Source of the DNA: Azolla caroliniana
Lineage: Eukaryota > Plantae > Polypodiophyta
Direction: 5' to 3'
DNA: 64,000 bases
Assembly (NCBI GenBank): GCA_043228905.1
Contig: JBHGNT010000020.1
Span: forward strand, 6,200,001 to 6,264,000
Shown here: one piece after another, positions 1 through 11,458 of the stretch
Numbering within the stretch: position 1 is the stretch's first letter
Layout: each line of letters starts with the position of its first letter
Notes under the pieces: generated by a model
Seen by the model: only the letters and a program-made list of their open reading frames with translations
Database searches by the model: none
Told to the model about the DNA's origin: nothing
Program-made: the position numbers and the translations under genes

Positions 1-1462
1 GGAACCTGATCCGGATCCGGTCCTCTCCGAATCGGCGCGCTTCTTCCAGCACTCGCTCTCCTTATGGCCTTTCTTGCCACAGTACCAACATTCCGCAACG
101 GATTTCCCTTGTTGGTTCTCATCGCCTCGACTCCCCCGGTTTCCGAAGGGTCCAGAATTGTTGTCGGCATCACTTCAGTGCCTTCTTCCCTTATCCCATC
201 GGCTGCCTCCATTGCACACCAACTCACCTTGTCCACCACGACCACGTGGCCTATCTCCCTCCGTGTACAACATCTTGATGTTGGCATGTGTGCTCGTCGA
301 CGCACCCGTGTGGTTCTCCTCTATAAGGAGCATCAACTGTAGGTCGAAAAATGACGGCGTATTCTCCCGTGTACAAACAACAGTTCGGAACGCTCCGAAC
401 TTCGACGCTAGTCCCCCGAGACAGATCTGCACCATCTTGCCTTGCTCGACATTCACATCGATAGAGGCTAAGGAGTCGCATATCTCTTTGATCTTCGAGG
501 TGTAATCATCCATTGACAAGTCACGTTGTCGTAAGTTGCTCAGCTCCTATCGGAGTTGAAGCTTCCTGGCTATGGTGCTTGTGGCGAAAATCTTCTTCAG
601 ATTTCTCCAAGCATCCTTCGGCGTTTTTGCTTCCCGAATATAGCTCAGAAGTTGTTCGCCCACACAAGACGCGGAGCAGTAGAGAACTCTGCTTGCCAAC
701 TGTTCCCAAGCCGGTAAACCCTAAACCCTAAACCCTAAACCCTAAACCCTAAACCCTAAACCCTAAACCCTAAACCGGAAGTCTTTGTGTGTCGAATCGG
801 GTGCTGTGTCATTTGCTCCGTTGACATAGCTCTAGTAACCGTGCTCGAACAGGTACTGGTGCATCTTGTAAGACCAAGACGCGTAGTTGTTTCTATCGAG
901 CTTCTCTGTTGGAAGCGATCTAGCCATGCCTCTATCCATTTTGATTTTCTTGTTCTTTACGAAGGTTAGGTTTTCTTCTTGAGCTAAGGTCGGTTGCAGA
1001 GGTTATCAACCCTCGAGCTCTGATACCATGCAAAAGAATAGCGTGCGGAAGCAATAGAAAACCGAACATAGGAACGCAGGTTTAATGGAGAGCTTGAATA
1101 TACACAGTACACGGGAGAGAGAGAGAGAGAGAGAGCATACGAAACTCAATTAAAAAATAATACACAGTCTATACATAGGATGTGCTCAGTGAGCACCTTT
1201 ATACAAGTCCATACGGACTGGCAAAAGTATTGACGCTTACTTCAATGCTCATAAGTGAGCTCTACACTAACTCCCAAAATATATTCCTACGCGGAATATC
1301 TTTCCAATGGCCTCGCAGTTTACGCACCGCTACGGCTTCCCGTTGCCTACTGGTCTACGCACCGGTTTACGCACCGGTCTGGCCTAACCAATCGATCCCA
1401 ACCGATCCGGTTTTTGACTTGCACAGTCTATCTGGCCAAAATGTTGAGCTTGTATCTCAACA
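1..1462 (-). mobile_element. Bryco/RLC5-like Ty1/copia copy 1 (5' LTR 1029-1462, PBS, gag), truncated by window edge
   Basis: LTR outer end TGTTGAGATACAAGCTCAACA on minus at 1462; iMet PBS TGGTATCAGAGC at 1017-1028; gag (YTSKIKEICDSLASI...CWYCGKKGH knuckle) homologous to 57124-58100. Confidence 0.92.
715..776 (-). repeat. Interstitial plant telomeric array (TTTAGGG)n, 8 full units plus one partial
   Basis: Perfect (TAAACCC)8 TAAACC on + strand, interrupting gag at the D-F-P-A-W codons. Confidence 0.98.
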
Positions 1463-1985
1463 ACCTTGACTCCCCTTGCTTGTGGAGGGTCCGGAACTAT
1501 TGTCAGCACTATCTGTGTGCCTCCGATTCTGCTTTTGTTGGCCGCCATTGTTGTGTGCTGAGCCACTTCTTCTTCCACACCCACAGGGCCGATCTGCCCT
1601 TGTGTACAACATCCGGTTGAGTGGTCCTCGACCCATTTGCACATGGTTTTCTTCGACGATCACCATTGGTGGTATCTCCTAGGTGCAAATCATCGTTTGG
1701 ATAGGCCTGTACCACTGCGCTAGACCACCGAGGCAGATCTACACCATCTTGTCTTCATCCACCATCACGTTGATGGACCCTAGTGCGGCACAAATCTCCT
1801 TGATCTTATTGGTATAGTTCGTAACTGACATATCCCTTTGCCTGATGTTGTTGAGCTCTTGCAAGAACTGCAACTTTGGGGCCATGGTACTGGTGGCGAA
1901 ACTCATTTTCAGATTTTCCAAGGCTTCTTTTAGCGACTTGGTGTCTCTAATGTAACCAAGCATCTAATCGTGCACACAAGACGTA
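1463..1985 (-). pseudogene. Older degenerate Bryco gag fragment, apparent host of copy 1
   Basis: ORF 1739-1963 (LGYIRDTKSLKEALENLK...TNYTNKIKEICAALGSINV) aligns with Bryco gag; frameshifted. Confidence 0.8.
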
Positions 1986-2203
1986 TATGATCGTGCAGGT
2001 CCCTCTCCGTGATTCCATCACTTGCCCTCTTCAATTTTTGTATGTATTTAGACACGTTGGAGAGACACACATACATATCTGAATGATTTATAACTGTGTA
2101 TGTACACACACCCATGTACCAATAGAGTGTGCATACATACATACATACATGATTGTATTGAAAAATGAAAAAAAATGCCTTTATTCTCAAGAATATACAT
2201 ATA

Positions 2204-3896
2204 TGTCACAACAGGAGAGAAAAAAAACACAAAGATCACTTTTTACATGAGGAGAAGGTTCCTCTTAAAGGCCAAGATTTGGTCGTTGGGATAACTAGTT
2301 GTTGGGGCTGGCTAGCCATTTTGGCTATAGCTTTAATCATTCTCAACACTCCCCCTCAAAATGGGCAAAAGATATTCACTAAGCCCATCTTGTCACACAA
2401 TCTAAAAAGACTTACTGGCCCAAGTCCCTTTATAAGACAATCTGCTACTTGATCTTCAACAAAAACATGACTCAATTTTAATATTCCACTATCAAGCTTC
2501 TCCTTGATAAAGAATCTGTCGATTTCGATGTGCTTGGTCCTATCATGTTGTACCAGATTGTTGGCAATGCTGATTGCTAACTTATTGTCACACCACAACC
2601 TCATCTGATTTTCTTGATTCATCTTTAGTTCTACTAGGAGAGTTCTCAGCCACAACATCTCTGCAACTCCTACCACAATAGCTCTATACTATGCTTCTGT
2701 TATTGACCTTGCTACCACTGATTGTTTCTTACTCTTCCAAGACACTAGATTGCCCCCAACAAACATGCAATATCATGATGTGGATTTCCTATCATTAGCA
2801 CAACTAGCCCAATCAGAATCTCAATAGCCCTCAATGTTAAAATGACCATGTTTTCTAAGATCAATCCCTTTCCTGAGACACCTTTGAGATATCTTAGAAT
2901 TTGGTACATTGCATCCATATGATCTTTCCTCGGATCATGCATGTAGCAACTTACCACACTTACTGCAAATGAAATATCTGGACGAGTATGAGTCAAATAA
3001 ATCATCCGACCTACCAATCTTTGATACCTTTCACGATCAACTTTCTCCCAGGCAAGTTCAGTTAACGTGATCTTTGGGTCAATTGGAAAAGCTACAAGCC
3101 TACAACCCAACATTGCAGTTTCTGTGAGAAGATCTAATACATATTTTCGCTGAGATAAAACAACTCTTCTGTCCCATGAGCTACCTCAATTCCAAGACTT
3201 TATCGTAGAAATCCTAGATCCTTCACCTCAAACTCTTTACCTAGTTGTACCTTCAGTTGGGCAATTTATCCTTCATCATCACCTGTGATAATTATATCAT
3301 CCACATAAACAACAAGTAATGTAGTAATGCTCCTTGTGTTGTCAAAAAAATATTGTATGGTCTGCATTGATCTATTGGTATCCCATACCCACCATAGCCC
3401 TTCTTAACCTATCGAACCAAGCTCGAGGAGATTGATTCAGTCCATAAAACGAAACCTTGTCTACTATTTGAATTGTACCAAAAACTAGGGAAGGATATCC
3501 ATGTACACTGTCTCCATCAGCTCTCCATGAAGGGATGCATTTTTTTATATCTTATTGATGTAATTTCCAATCCTTATTCACTACTAAGAAAATAAGCGTT
3601 CTAACTGTGCTCTTCTTCGCTCCAGGTGCAAAAGTCTCATCATAATCAATGCCATATGTCTGACTATATCCCTTAGCTACAAATAGTACCTTGTAACAAT
3701 CTATTTTGCCCTCTGCAGTTTGTTTTATTGTAAACACCCATTTGCACCCAACCGCCTCCTTTCTTAGTGGTAGTGATACAATCTCCCAAGTTTTGTTTTT
3801 CTCAAGAGCTCTGAGTTCTTCTTTCATAACCGCTTTCCACTTTGGATCTTCTCTAGCAACTTGCCAACACTTGGGTAAAGTGACAGAATCTAATTA
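2204..3896 (-). mobile_element. Ale-like Ty1/copia 3' fragment (degenerate RT-RNaseH, PPT, 3' LTR; left boundary uncertain)
   Basis: ORFs 3552-3827 (GCKWVFTIK), 2745-3113, 2356-2676 (CDNKLAISIANNLVQHDRTKHIEIDRFFIKEK); PPT GAGGGGGAG then TGTTGAGA at 2348 on minus. Confidence 0.85.
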
Positions 3897-5084
3897 TGTG
3901 TGCGGAATAATGCTCGGCCACAACCAAGTCTCAATCACACAATGGAAGAAATAGAAAACAGAAATGAGACAACACAAGATGTTAACGCGGAAAGCCCTAA
4001 AAGGGAAAAACCACGGGAGCCTAGAGACTCCAACTATCAATATGAGAGGATTGATACAATGGGAGACTCCAAGGCAACGACCTCGAGGTTTGTCTTCACC
4101 AACTAATGGTTACAACAGAAAAGCTTTATGTATATCTATCTGTCTTTGTCTCTGTCTCTCTATCTCTGTACAACAATAATGATAACATCAACTACTTGTG
4201 TACACAACACTATTTTCCCTAGTTATATTTATACTCATATAACTTACGGGCTATTTACAAATATGACCTCAATGGTAATGTCTGAACATATTTACAAATA
4301 TGTTCCTACTTCAAGTTGTTGGTTCATACCGGATACGATTGGACTTGTTCCGGATCCATCCAGTCCGGTTCCTTCCTTTGGCTCGTCCGATCTAGCTCAT
4401 CTGGATCCCATCTGGAGGGACCTATTTCCCAACAAACTCCCCCTTCACTTCAGCATGGGATGTCTTGTCAATACGATCCGTCTCTGACATACGTCCAGCT
4501 TGTCAGCTGACAACACCTTGGTCAGCATGTCCGGCCTGTTCTCCTCTGTATGGATCTTCGTTAGCAAGAACTCTTTATCTTCTATCTTCTCCCGAAGCCA
4601 GTGATATCTCCTTTGGATGTGCTTGGTCCGGGAATGGTAGGCCACGTTCTTCGCGAGGTGGATGACACTTTGACTATTGCAATAGAGCCGGAATTGCTCC
4701 CGTCGGATCCCTAGCTCTTCGATGAAGTCCTTCATCCAGATTACTTCTTTGCTGCCTTCCACGGTTGCCATGTACTCCGCTTCTATTGTCGATAGTGCAA
4801 CAGACTTCTGCAGCCTCGACTACCACAATACAACTCCCCCTGCATATGTCATGACATATCCGGATGTAGACCGGCTAGTATCTGCATAAGCCAACATGTC
4901 CGAATCGGAGGCATATGCTCGTGGTACCTTCCAGGTACTTGAGTATCCACTTGACCGCGGTCTAGTGTTCTCTTCCCGGATTGCTCATGAACCGGCTGAC
5001 CACTCTAATAACATATCCGATATTCGACCGAGTACACACCATTGTGTACATCAAGCTTTCGATGGCAGAGGTGTATGATATCTT

Positions 5085-5930
5085 TGTTGGGATTTCGGTC
5101 CCTCCGGATGGGATGTCCGGAGATGAATGACGGCAAGCCCGGTTGCGGTTACGGAGCCGGATGATGAAGACCCCGGTTACGGAGCCGGATGATGAAGACC
5201 CCGGCTACGGAGCCGGATGATGAAGACCCCGGTTACGGAGCCGGATGATGAAGACCCCGGCTACGGAGCCGGATGATGAAGACCCCGGTTACGGAGCCGG
5301 ATGATGAAGACCCCGGCTACGGAGCCGGATGATGAAGACCCCGGTTACGGAGCCGGATGATGAAGACCCCGGCTACGGAGCCGGATGATGAAGACCCCGG
5401 TTACGGAGCCGGATGATGAAGACCCCGGCTACGGAGCCGGATGATGAAGACCCCGGTTACGGAGCCGGATGACGAATGTACCCGGAGAGAGATCCGGATG
5501 CGGAGACATATTTGTGAATATGTTTGCCAAGAGCCCTTGAGGCTATATTTGTAAATAGCCCGAAAGTCATATGTGTATAAATATGACTTAGGGCAAACAG
5601 TTATTGTTGTTGCTTAATTTTCATGCGAAGTGAGAGCAGCCGAGAGAGAGAGAGAGAGAGAGAGAGACGAAGAGGTCATTGCCTCTGTGTATTGCCGCCG
5701 CCTGTGGCGAAGACAGTGAGCTCAAGGTTGTTGCCTTGTAGCTTCACCAGTGTACATCCCTGTTCATAGTGATAGTTGGAGTTTGAGGACTCCCGTGGTT
5801 TTTCCCATTTAGGGTTTTCCACGTAAAACATCCAGTGTACCTTTCTCTCTATTGTTTTGTGCATTTTGTATTTCCTGTTTTCTGTGAGTTGATCCCATTC
5901 CTCGGTTGTGGCCGAGCACTGTTTTCAACA
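5085..5930 (+). repeat. 5' LTR (846 bp)
   Basis: Direct repeat of 10046-10665 with 8 extra 28-bp units, one extra GA and 3 substitutions seen. Confidence 0.97.
5151..5473 (+). repeat. 28-bp tandem array ACGGAGCCGGATGATGAAGACCCCGG(T/C)T, 11 units plus partial
   Basis: Units start every 28 bp from 5151; T and C variants alternate strictly. Confidence 0.97.
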
Positions 5931-5933
5931 AAC

Positions 5934-5945
5934 TGGTATCAGAGC
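5934..5945 (+). promoter_or_regulatory. Primer binding site, tRNA-iMet
   Basis: TGGTATCAGAGC 3 nt after the LTR end. Confidence 0.95.
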
Positions 5946-5961
5946 GACGGTAACACAGAAA

Positions 5962-8900
5962 ATGGAAGGCGGCGGTAGTGGGCCTCCGGGCATGATGGTG
6001 TTGAACTCACAGAACTACGCCGACTGGAAGATAAAGATGGAAGACCTTCTCATCGTCCGAGACCTGTACGAACCGATCGACAATGCCGAGATACCCAAGG
6101 GAGTAATAGAGTCGGAGTGGAAGCTCCTGAACCGGAAAGCCGTAGCGACGATTCGGCAATATGTCGATGTAAGCGTCCTACAACATGTGGCGAACGACAC
6201 CAACGCATATGAGATGTGGAAGAAGCTGTCGGGCCTCTACGAGAGGAAGAATGCGTTGAACCGGACCTCCCTGATGAGAAAGATAGTGAACCTCAAGTAC
6301 CGGGACGGCGAGAGTATGGTGGAACACGTAAGCACGTTCATGGGATTCGTGAACCAGCTTGCGGCGATCAAGTTCCCGTTGGAGGATGCAATGCAAGCCA
6401 TCATCCTGATGTGTACATTGCCGGACAGCTGGGAGAACTTGGTGGTGACTCTCAGCACCTCCTGCACCGAAGATAACTTGTCCCTACAAACGGTAAAGAC
6501 AAGTATTTTGAACGAAGAAGCGCGTCGGAGAGATAAAGAACCGGTCTCCGACTCGAAGGCGCTGCTTACCGAATCGGAACGGGGAAGACAATGGAACCGG
6601 AGTCCGCAAAGACGGGAGAAGTCGGGGACCCGGTCGCAGTCAAGAGGAAGACCCACATGCTTCCACTGTGGGAAGCCGGGGCACTTCCGGAAGAATTGTC
6701 GGCATTACCGAAAAGACAACGGAGCCGACGACACCGATTCGAAGAAGTCACCGGAGAGAAACGGTGCATACCGGGGAGCCACGGACCGGAGAGGTCCGGA
6801 TCGGCGAGGGCAGGACCGGAAAGGAACGACGGCACTCGCGGCAAGTGAAGAAGAGATAATGCTTATTACCGAAGAGAGGGAGCTGAACCTTGCCGGTGTA
6901 GAGATGACCTGGGTGGTCGGTTCCGGAGCGTCGTTCCACCTGACCCCGGAGAAGAAATACTTCTCATCCTACACAGCCGGTGAGCATGGCTGTGTCCGGA
7001 TGGGAAATGAAGGCACATGCCGGATTGCCGGCATAGGAGACGTGTGGTTGACAACCTCGACCGGATGCAAAATGCTGCTGAAGGATGTCAGACACGTTCC
7101 GGAGGTTCGATTGAACCTGATTTCGGCCGGGAGGCTAGACGATGAAGGCTACACAGGTAGCATCCGGAACGGCGTAATGAAGTTCAGCAAGGGGAGCCTG
7201 ATAGTGGCTCGGGCCCGAAAAGTCAACACACTGTACCTGATGAATGCCCGGTTATGTCCGGAAGAGCTGAATGTGGCAGCCGACACTGCCGGTGAGCTGT
7301 GGCACAAGAGACTGTGCCACATGAGTGAGAAGGGGATGAAGAGGCTTGCAGAAGACAACCTCATTCCAGTGAAGCATGTGCATCTGGAGAAGTGCACCGA
7401 TTGCCTGGCCGGTAAGCAGAACCGAACCTCCTTCCACACAAGGCCACCGACGAGACGTAGCGCACCATTGGAGTTGGTGCACACTGACGTGTGTCAAGTA
7501 GAAACGAAGTCACATGGCGGAGCCCAGTACTTCATGACATTCATCGATGACCACAGCCGGAAACTGTGGACGGCACCGTTGAAGACAAAGAATCAAGTAT
7601 TGTCCGTCTTCAAAGAACTCCACGCGAGAGTGGAAAGGGAATCCGGCAAGAAGCTGAAAGCGATACGAGCGGATAACAGAGGGGAATACCGGGGGCAGTT
7701 CCAGGAGTACTGTCGCTCGAAGGGAATCCGGCTCGAGTTTACTGTGCCGAAGACGCCGGAACTGAACGGGCTGGCTGAGAGGATGAACCGGACCATAATG
7801 GAGAGGGTCCGGAGTATGCTAGCACATGCGAAATTACCCAAGGGATTTTGGGCTGAGGCAATGTCGACGGCGACGTATGTGATAAATAGATCACCCTCAG
7901 TACCTTTGGACGGAGACACGCCGCAGAAAGTGTGGACCGGTAAGGAAGTGTCCTACCGGCATCTGAAGGTGTTCGGGTGTCTCGCATACGTGCATGTGGC
8001 AAAGGACCGGAGAGGAAAGTTAGATCCAAAGACCCGGCCATGCATATTCCTCGGTTACGGCGACGACGAGTTCGGCTACCGAGTATGGGACCCGGTCGAC
8101 AAGAAGATATTCAGGAGTCGAGATATCATCTTCATGGAGGACAAGACACTCACCGACTGGGAGTCGGAGAAGAAGATGAAGAGCTCCAAGTCGACCGGTG
8201 AGGATAAACTCTACGAGGAGCAGTCCCGACCGGCAAGAGACCGGTTAGCACTCGAGGATCCGGCCGAAGACGGTGAAGAAACAGAACCGGCCGAAGAAGA
8301 TGAAAATGATACCGGAACCGGCCCCGATCCCGAAATGGATTCGGATGAAGAAGAATCGGAAGAACCGGTTACCGAAGCTCCGGAACGGAGATATCCTCTA
8401 AGAGAGAGAAGGGCCCCCCGGAGATTTCCGGAACCAGAGCATGTGCTGCTAACCGACGAGGGGGAGCCGGAGAGCTTTGAAGAAGCAAAGCATGACACCC
8501 AGAGCCGCAGGTGGTTGAGTGCCATGCAGGACGAGATGGATTCCCTGCATGAGAACCACACATATGAACTTGTGGAGTTGCCGAAAGGAAAGCGGGCACT
8601 TCGAAACAAGTGGGTGTTCAAGCTGAAACCGGGAGATGCCGGAAACCCCCCGAGATACAAAGCCAGGATCGTGGTGAAGGGGTTTCAGCAGAAGAAGGGC
8701 GTCGACTTCGACGAGATATTCGCCCCGGTAGTGAAGATGACCTCCATCCGGACGGTGCTGAGCATAGCGGCAAGCATGGACCTCGAGGTAGAACAGATGG
8801 ACGTGAAGACGGCATTCCTTCACGGTGACCTCGAAGAAGAGATCTACATGCAGCAACCGGAAGGATTCGAGAAGAAAGGGAAGGAGCACCTGGTATGCCG

Positions 8901-10035
8901 GTTGAAGAAGAGCCTTTACGGACTGAAGCAGGCTCCCCGGCAATGGTACCGGAAGTTCGACTCCTTCATGACCGACGAAGGGTACCACAAAACGCAGTCT
9001 GATCACTGCGTGTTTGTGAAGAAGTTCGAAGGAGGAGACTCTCTAATACTCCTCCTGTACGTGGACGACATGTTGATCGTCGGACGGGACCAGGTCAAGA
9101 TACAGACGCTGAAGAAAGCGCTTCACCGAACCTTCTCAATGAAGGACTTGGGTCCGGCGAGGCAAATACTAGGGATGCACATCATCCGGGACCGGAAGAA
9201 GAAGCAGTTGTGGCTGTCACAGGAGAAGTACGTGACAAAGGTGCTTCACCGGTTCAACATGTCGGAAGCAAGACCGGTCGGGTCAACCCTCCCGGCAAAC
9301 TGCAAGTTGTCCAGCAAGCAAAGCCCCAAGACAAAGGCTGAGAAGGAGGACATGATGAAAGTACCATATGCCTCTGCCGTCGGAAGCTTGATGTACGCAA
9401 TGGTGTGTACAAGACCGGACATAGGATACGCAGTCGGAGTGGTGAGCCGGTACATGAGCAATCCCGGCAAAGAGCACTGGAACGCGGTCAAGTGGATACT
9501 CCGATACCTGAAGGGCACGGCAAACGTGTGCCTCCGATTCGGCTCCGGTAAGCCCGAATTCGACGGCTTTACCGATTCGGATATGTCGGCTGATGCAGAT
9601 ACCAGCCGGTCCACATCAGGGTATGTGATGACGTATGCAGGTGGAGCTGTTTCGTGGCAGTCGAGGCTGCAGAAGACGGTTGCGTTGTCAACCACGGAGG
9701 CGGAGTACATGGCGGCTGTTGAAGCCGGCAAGGAAATAATATGGATGAAGGACTTCATTAGAGAGCTCGGTATCCAGCAGGAGGAGTACCGACTCTACTG
9801 CGACAGTCAGAGTGCCATCCACCTTGCGAAGAACGTGGCTTATCACTCCCGGACGAAGCACATCCAGCGAAGATATCACTGGATCCGGGAAAGGATAGAA
9901 GACAAGGAGTTCGTGCTGACGAAGGTCCACACGGACGAGAACGGGTCGGATATGCTGACCAAGGTGCTCACACCCGACAAGCTGGAAGCATGCCGGAAGA
10001 GGATCGGACTGGAGAGACATCCCATGCCAAAGTGA
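5962..10035 (+). CDS. Copia Gag-Pol polyprotein (gag, CCHC, PR, IN, RT, RNaseH)
   Basis: Uninterrupted frame from ATG 5962; CFHCGKPGHFRKNC, LWHKRLCH, LVHTDV, NGLAERMNRT, QMDVKTAFLHG, LYVDDML, RTKHIQRRYHW. Confidence 0.97.
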   Translation: MEGGGSGPPGMMVLNSQNYADWKIKMEDLLIVRDLYEPIDNAEIPKGVIESEWKLLNRKAVATIRQYVDVSVLQHVANDTNAYEMWKKLSGLYERKNALNRTSLMRKIVNLKYRDGESMVEHVSTFMGFVNQLAAIKFPLEDAMQAIILMCTLPDSWENLVVTLSTSCTEDNLSLQTVKTSILNEEARRRDKEPVSDSKALLTESERGRQWNRSPQRREKSGTRSQSRGRPTCFHCGKPGHFRKNCRHYRKDNGADDTDSKKSPERNGAYRGATDRRGPDRRGQDRKGTTALAASEEEIMLITEERELNLAGVEMTWVVGSGASFHLTPEKKYFSSYTAGEHGCVRMGNEGTCRIAGIGDVWLTTSTGCKMLLKDVRHVPEVRLNLISAGRLDDEGYTGSIRNGVMKFSKGSLIVARARKVNTLYLMNARLCPEELNVAADTAGELWHKRLCHMSEKGMKRLAEDNLIPVKHVHLEKCTDCLAGKQNRTSFHTRPPTRRSAPLELVHTDVCQVETKSHGGAQYFMTFIDDHSRKLWTAPLKTKNQVLSVFKELHARVERESGKKLKAIRADNRGEYRGQFQEYCRSKGIRLEFTVPKTPELNGLAERMNRTIMERVRSMLAHAKLPKGFWAEAMSTATYVINRSPSVPLDGDTPQKVWTGKEVSYRHLKVFGCLAYVHVAKDRRGKLDPKTRPCIFLGYGDDEFGYRVWDPVDKKIFRSRDIIFMEDKTLTDWESEKKMKSSKSTGEDKLYEEQSRPARDRLALEDPAEDGEETEPAEEDENDTGTGPDPEMDSDEEESEEPVTEAPERRYPLRERRAPRRFPEPEHVLLTDEGEPESFEEAKHDTQSRRWLSAMQDEMDSLHENHTYELVELPKGKRALRNKWVFKLKPGDAGNPPRYKARIVVKGFQQKKGVDFDEIFAPVVKMTSIRTVLSIAASMDLEVEQMDVKTAFLHGDLEEEIYMQQPEGFEKKGKEHLVCRLKKSLYGLKQAPRQWYRKFDSFMTDEGYHKTQSDHCVFVKKFEGGDSLILLLYVDDMLIVGRDQVKIQTLKKALHRTFSMKDLGPARQILGMHIIRDRKKKQLWLSQEKYVTKVLHRFNMSEARPVGSTLPANCKLSSKQSPKTKAEKEDMMKVPYASAVGSLMYAMVCTRPDIGYAVGVVSRYMSNPGKEHWNAVKWILRYLKGTANVCLRFGSGKPEFDGFTDSDMSADADTSRSTSGYVMTYAGGAVSWQSRLQKTVALSTTEAEYMAAVEAGKEIIWMKDFIRELGIQQEEYRLYCDSQSAIHLAKNVAYHSRTKHIQRRYHWIRERIEDKEFVLTKVHTDENGSDMLTKVLTPDKLEACRKRIGLERHPMPK

Positions 10036-10045
10036 AGGGGGAGTT

Positions 10046-10665
10046 TGTTGGGATTTCGGTCCCTCCGGATGGGATGTCTGGAGATGAATGACGGCAAGCC
10101 CGGTTGCGGTTACGGAGCCGGATGATGAAGACCCCGGTTACGGAGCCGGATGATGAAGACCCCGGCTACGGAGCCGGATGATGAAGACCCCGGTTACGGA
10201 GCCGGATGACGAATGTACCCGGAGAGAGATCCGGATGCGGAGACATATTTGTGAATATGTTTGCCAAGAGCCCTTGAGGCTATATTTGTAAATAGCCCGA
10301 AAGTCATATGTGTATAAATATGACTTAGGGCAAACAGTTATTGTTGTTGCTTAATTTTCATGCGAAGTGAGAGCAGCCGAGAGAGAGAGAGAGAGAGAGA
10401 GACGAAGAGGTCGTTGCCTCTGTGTATTGCCGCCGCCTGTGGCGAAGACAGTGAGCTCAAGGTTGTTGCCTTGTAGCTTCACCAGTGTACATCCCTGTTC
10501 ATAGTGATAGTTGGAGTTTGAGGACTCCTGTGGTTTTTCCCATTTAGGGTTTTCCACGTAAAACATCCAGTGTACCTTTCTCTCTATTGTTTTGTGCATT
10601 TTGTATTTCCTGTTTTCTGTGAGTTGATCCCATTCCTCGGTTGTGGCCGAGCACTGTTTTCAACA
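10046..10665 (+). repeat. 3' LTR (620 bp), 3 tandem units
   Basis: Follows PPT; ends CAACA before the TSD. Confidence 0.97.
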
Positions 10666-11017
10666 ATCTTGATCATCTCCATCTTCTTTGCCATTGTCTT
10701 CGGGCTCTGCTTCCCAGAAAACTTGCAATTTTCCGGAAGTGTCAACCTGACCGGCTTTGCATCCAACATGTTGAACCTCTGAAGCACCTTTGTCACGTAC
10801 TTCTCTTGTGACAACCACAACAACTTCTTTGTCTGGTCCTGGATTATGTGCATCCCTAGGATCTGTCTTGCCAGACCCAGATCTTTCATTGAGAAGGTCT
10901 AGTTCAAGGCCTTCTTCAGATTACCAATTTTGGTTCGATCTGGTCTGATGATCAACATGTCGTCCACATACAGCAGGATTACCAGGAAGTCGCTTCCATC
11001 GAAATTCTTCACGAACA

Positions 11018-11458
11018 TGTGTTGTCCGTCGGAATAGTAACTGATGGACAAGAGCGTAGGAATAAGAAATAATATAAGATCATAACGCATGTAACGGTTC
11101 ACGCAGGAAGCGTGAGCGGCTAAATAGACCCTGCGTAAATATAGCCCCGCTGGACTCTCAAAAACATATTTACGAATATGTGCCTTCATCCAGTGAGCAC
11201 TTCTCACCGGGCCTTCACCATCCGGCTCTTGCCGGGTACTACTCATCCGGTTCTCACCGGGTCTTCCATAGTCGGGTTCTCTTCATCCGGTTCTCACCGG
11301 GTCTTCCATAGTCGGGTACTCTTCATCCGGTTCTCACCGGGGCTTCCGTTGCCGGGTACTCCACATCCGGTTTCGGCCTCGGCCTATCGGCCTTGACCGA
11401 GTTTGCTCATTAGTATTGTTCTTCTCACTTCCCATCCAGAGGGACCTGTTTCCTAACA
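11018..11458 (-). repeat. Tork-family LTR fragment with about 40-bp internal tandem repeat, replacing part of host IN-RT
   Basis: End CCCATCCAGAGGGACCTGTTTCCTAACA also found at 13810-13837; repeats TTCTCACCGGGTCTTCCATAGTCGGG at about 11200-11370. Confidence 0.75.

Larger units (their letters stand above)
5085..10665 (+). mobile_element. Full-length young Tork/Tnt1-like Ty1/copia retrotransposon
   Basis: TG...CA LTRs 5085-5930 and 10046-10665; 5-bp TSD ATCTT (5080-5084, 10666-10670); PBS 5934-5945; PPT GAAGGGGGAG 10034-10043; single open polyprotein. Confidence 0.98.

Noticed and set aside
715-776. True chromosome end or fusion point
   Set aside because: Only 62 bp, single orientation, and gag continues collinearly on both sides
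5151-5473. 28-bp repeats as a CRISPR array
   Set aside because: Units are contiguous with no spacers, lie inside an LTR, and no cas genes are present
5908-5961. N-terminal extension of the 1375-aa ORF (similarly 45136-45222 and 38063-38146)
   Set aside because: Non-ATG starts inside LTR/PBS; the likely starts are ATGs downstream of the PBS
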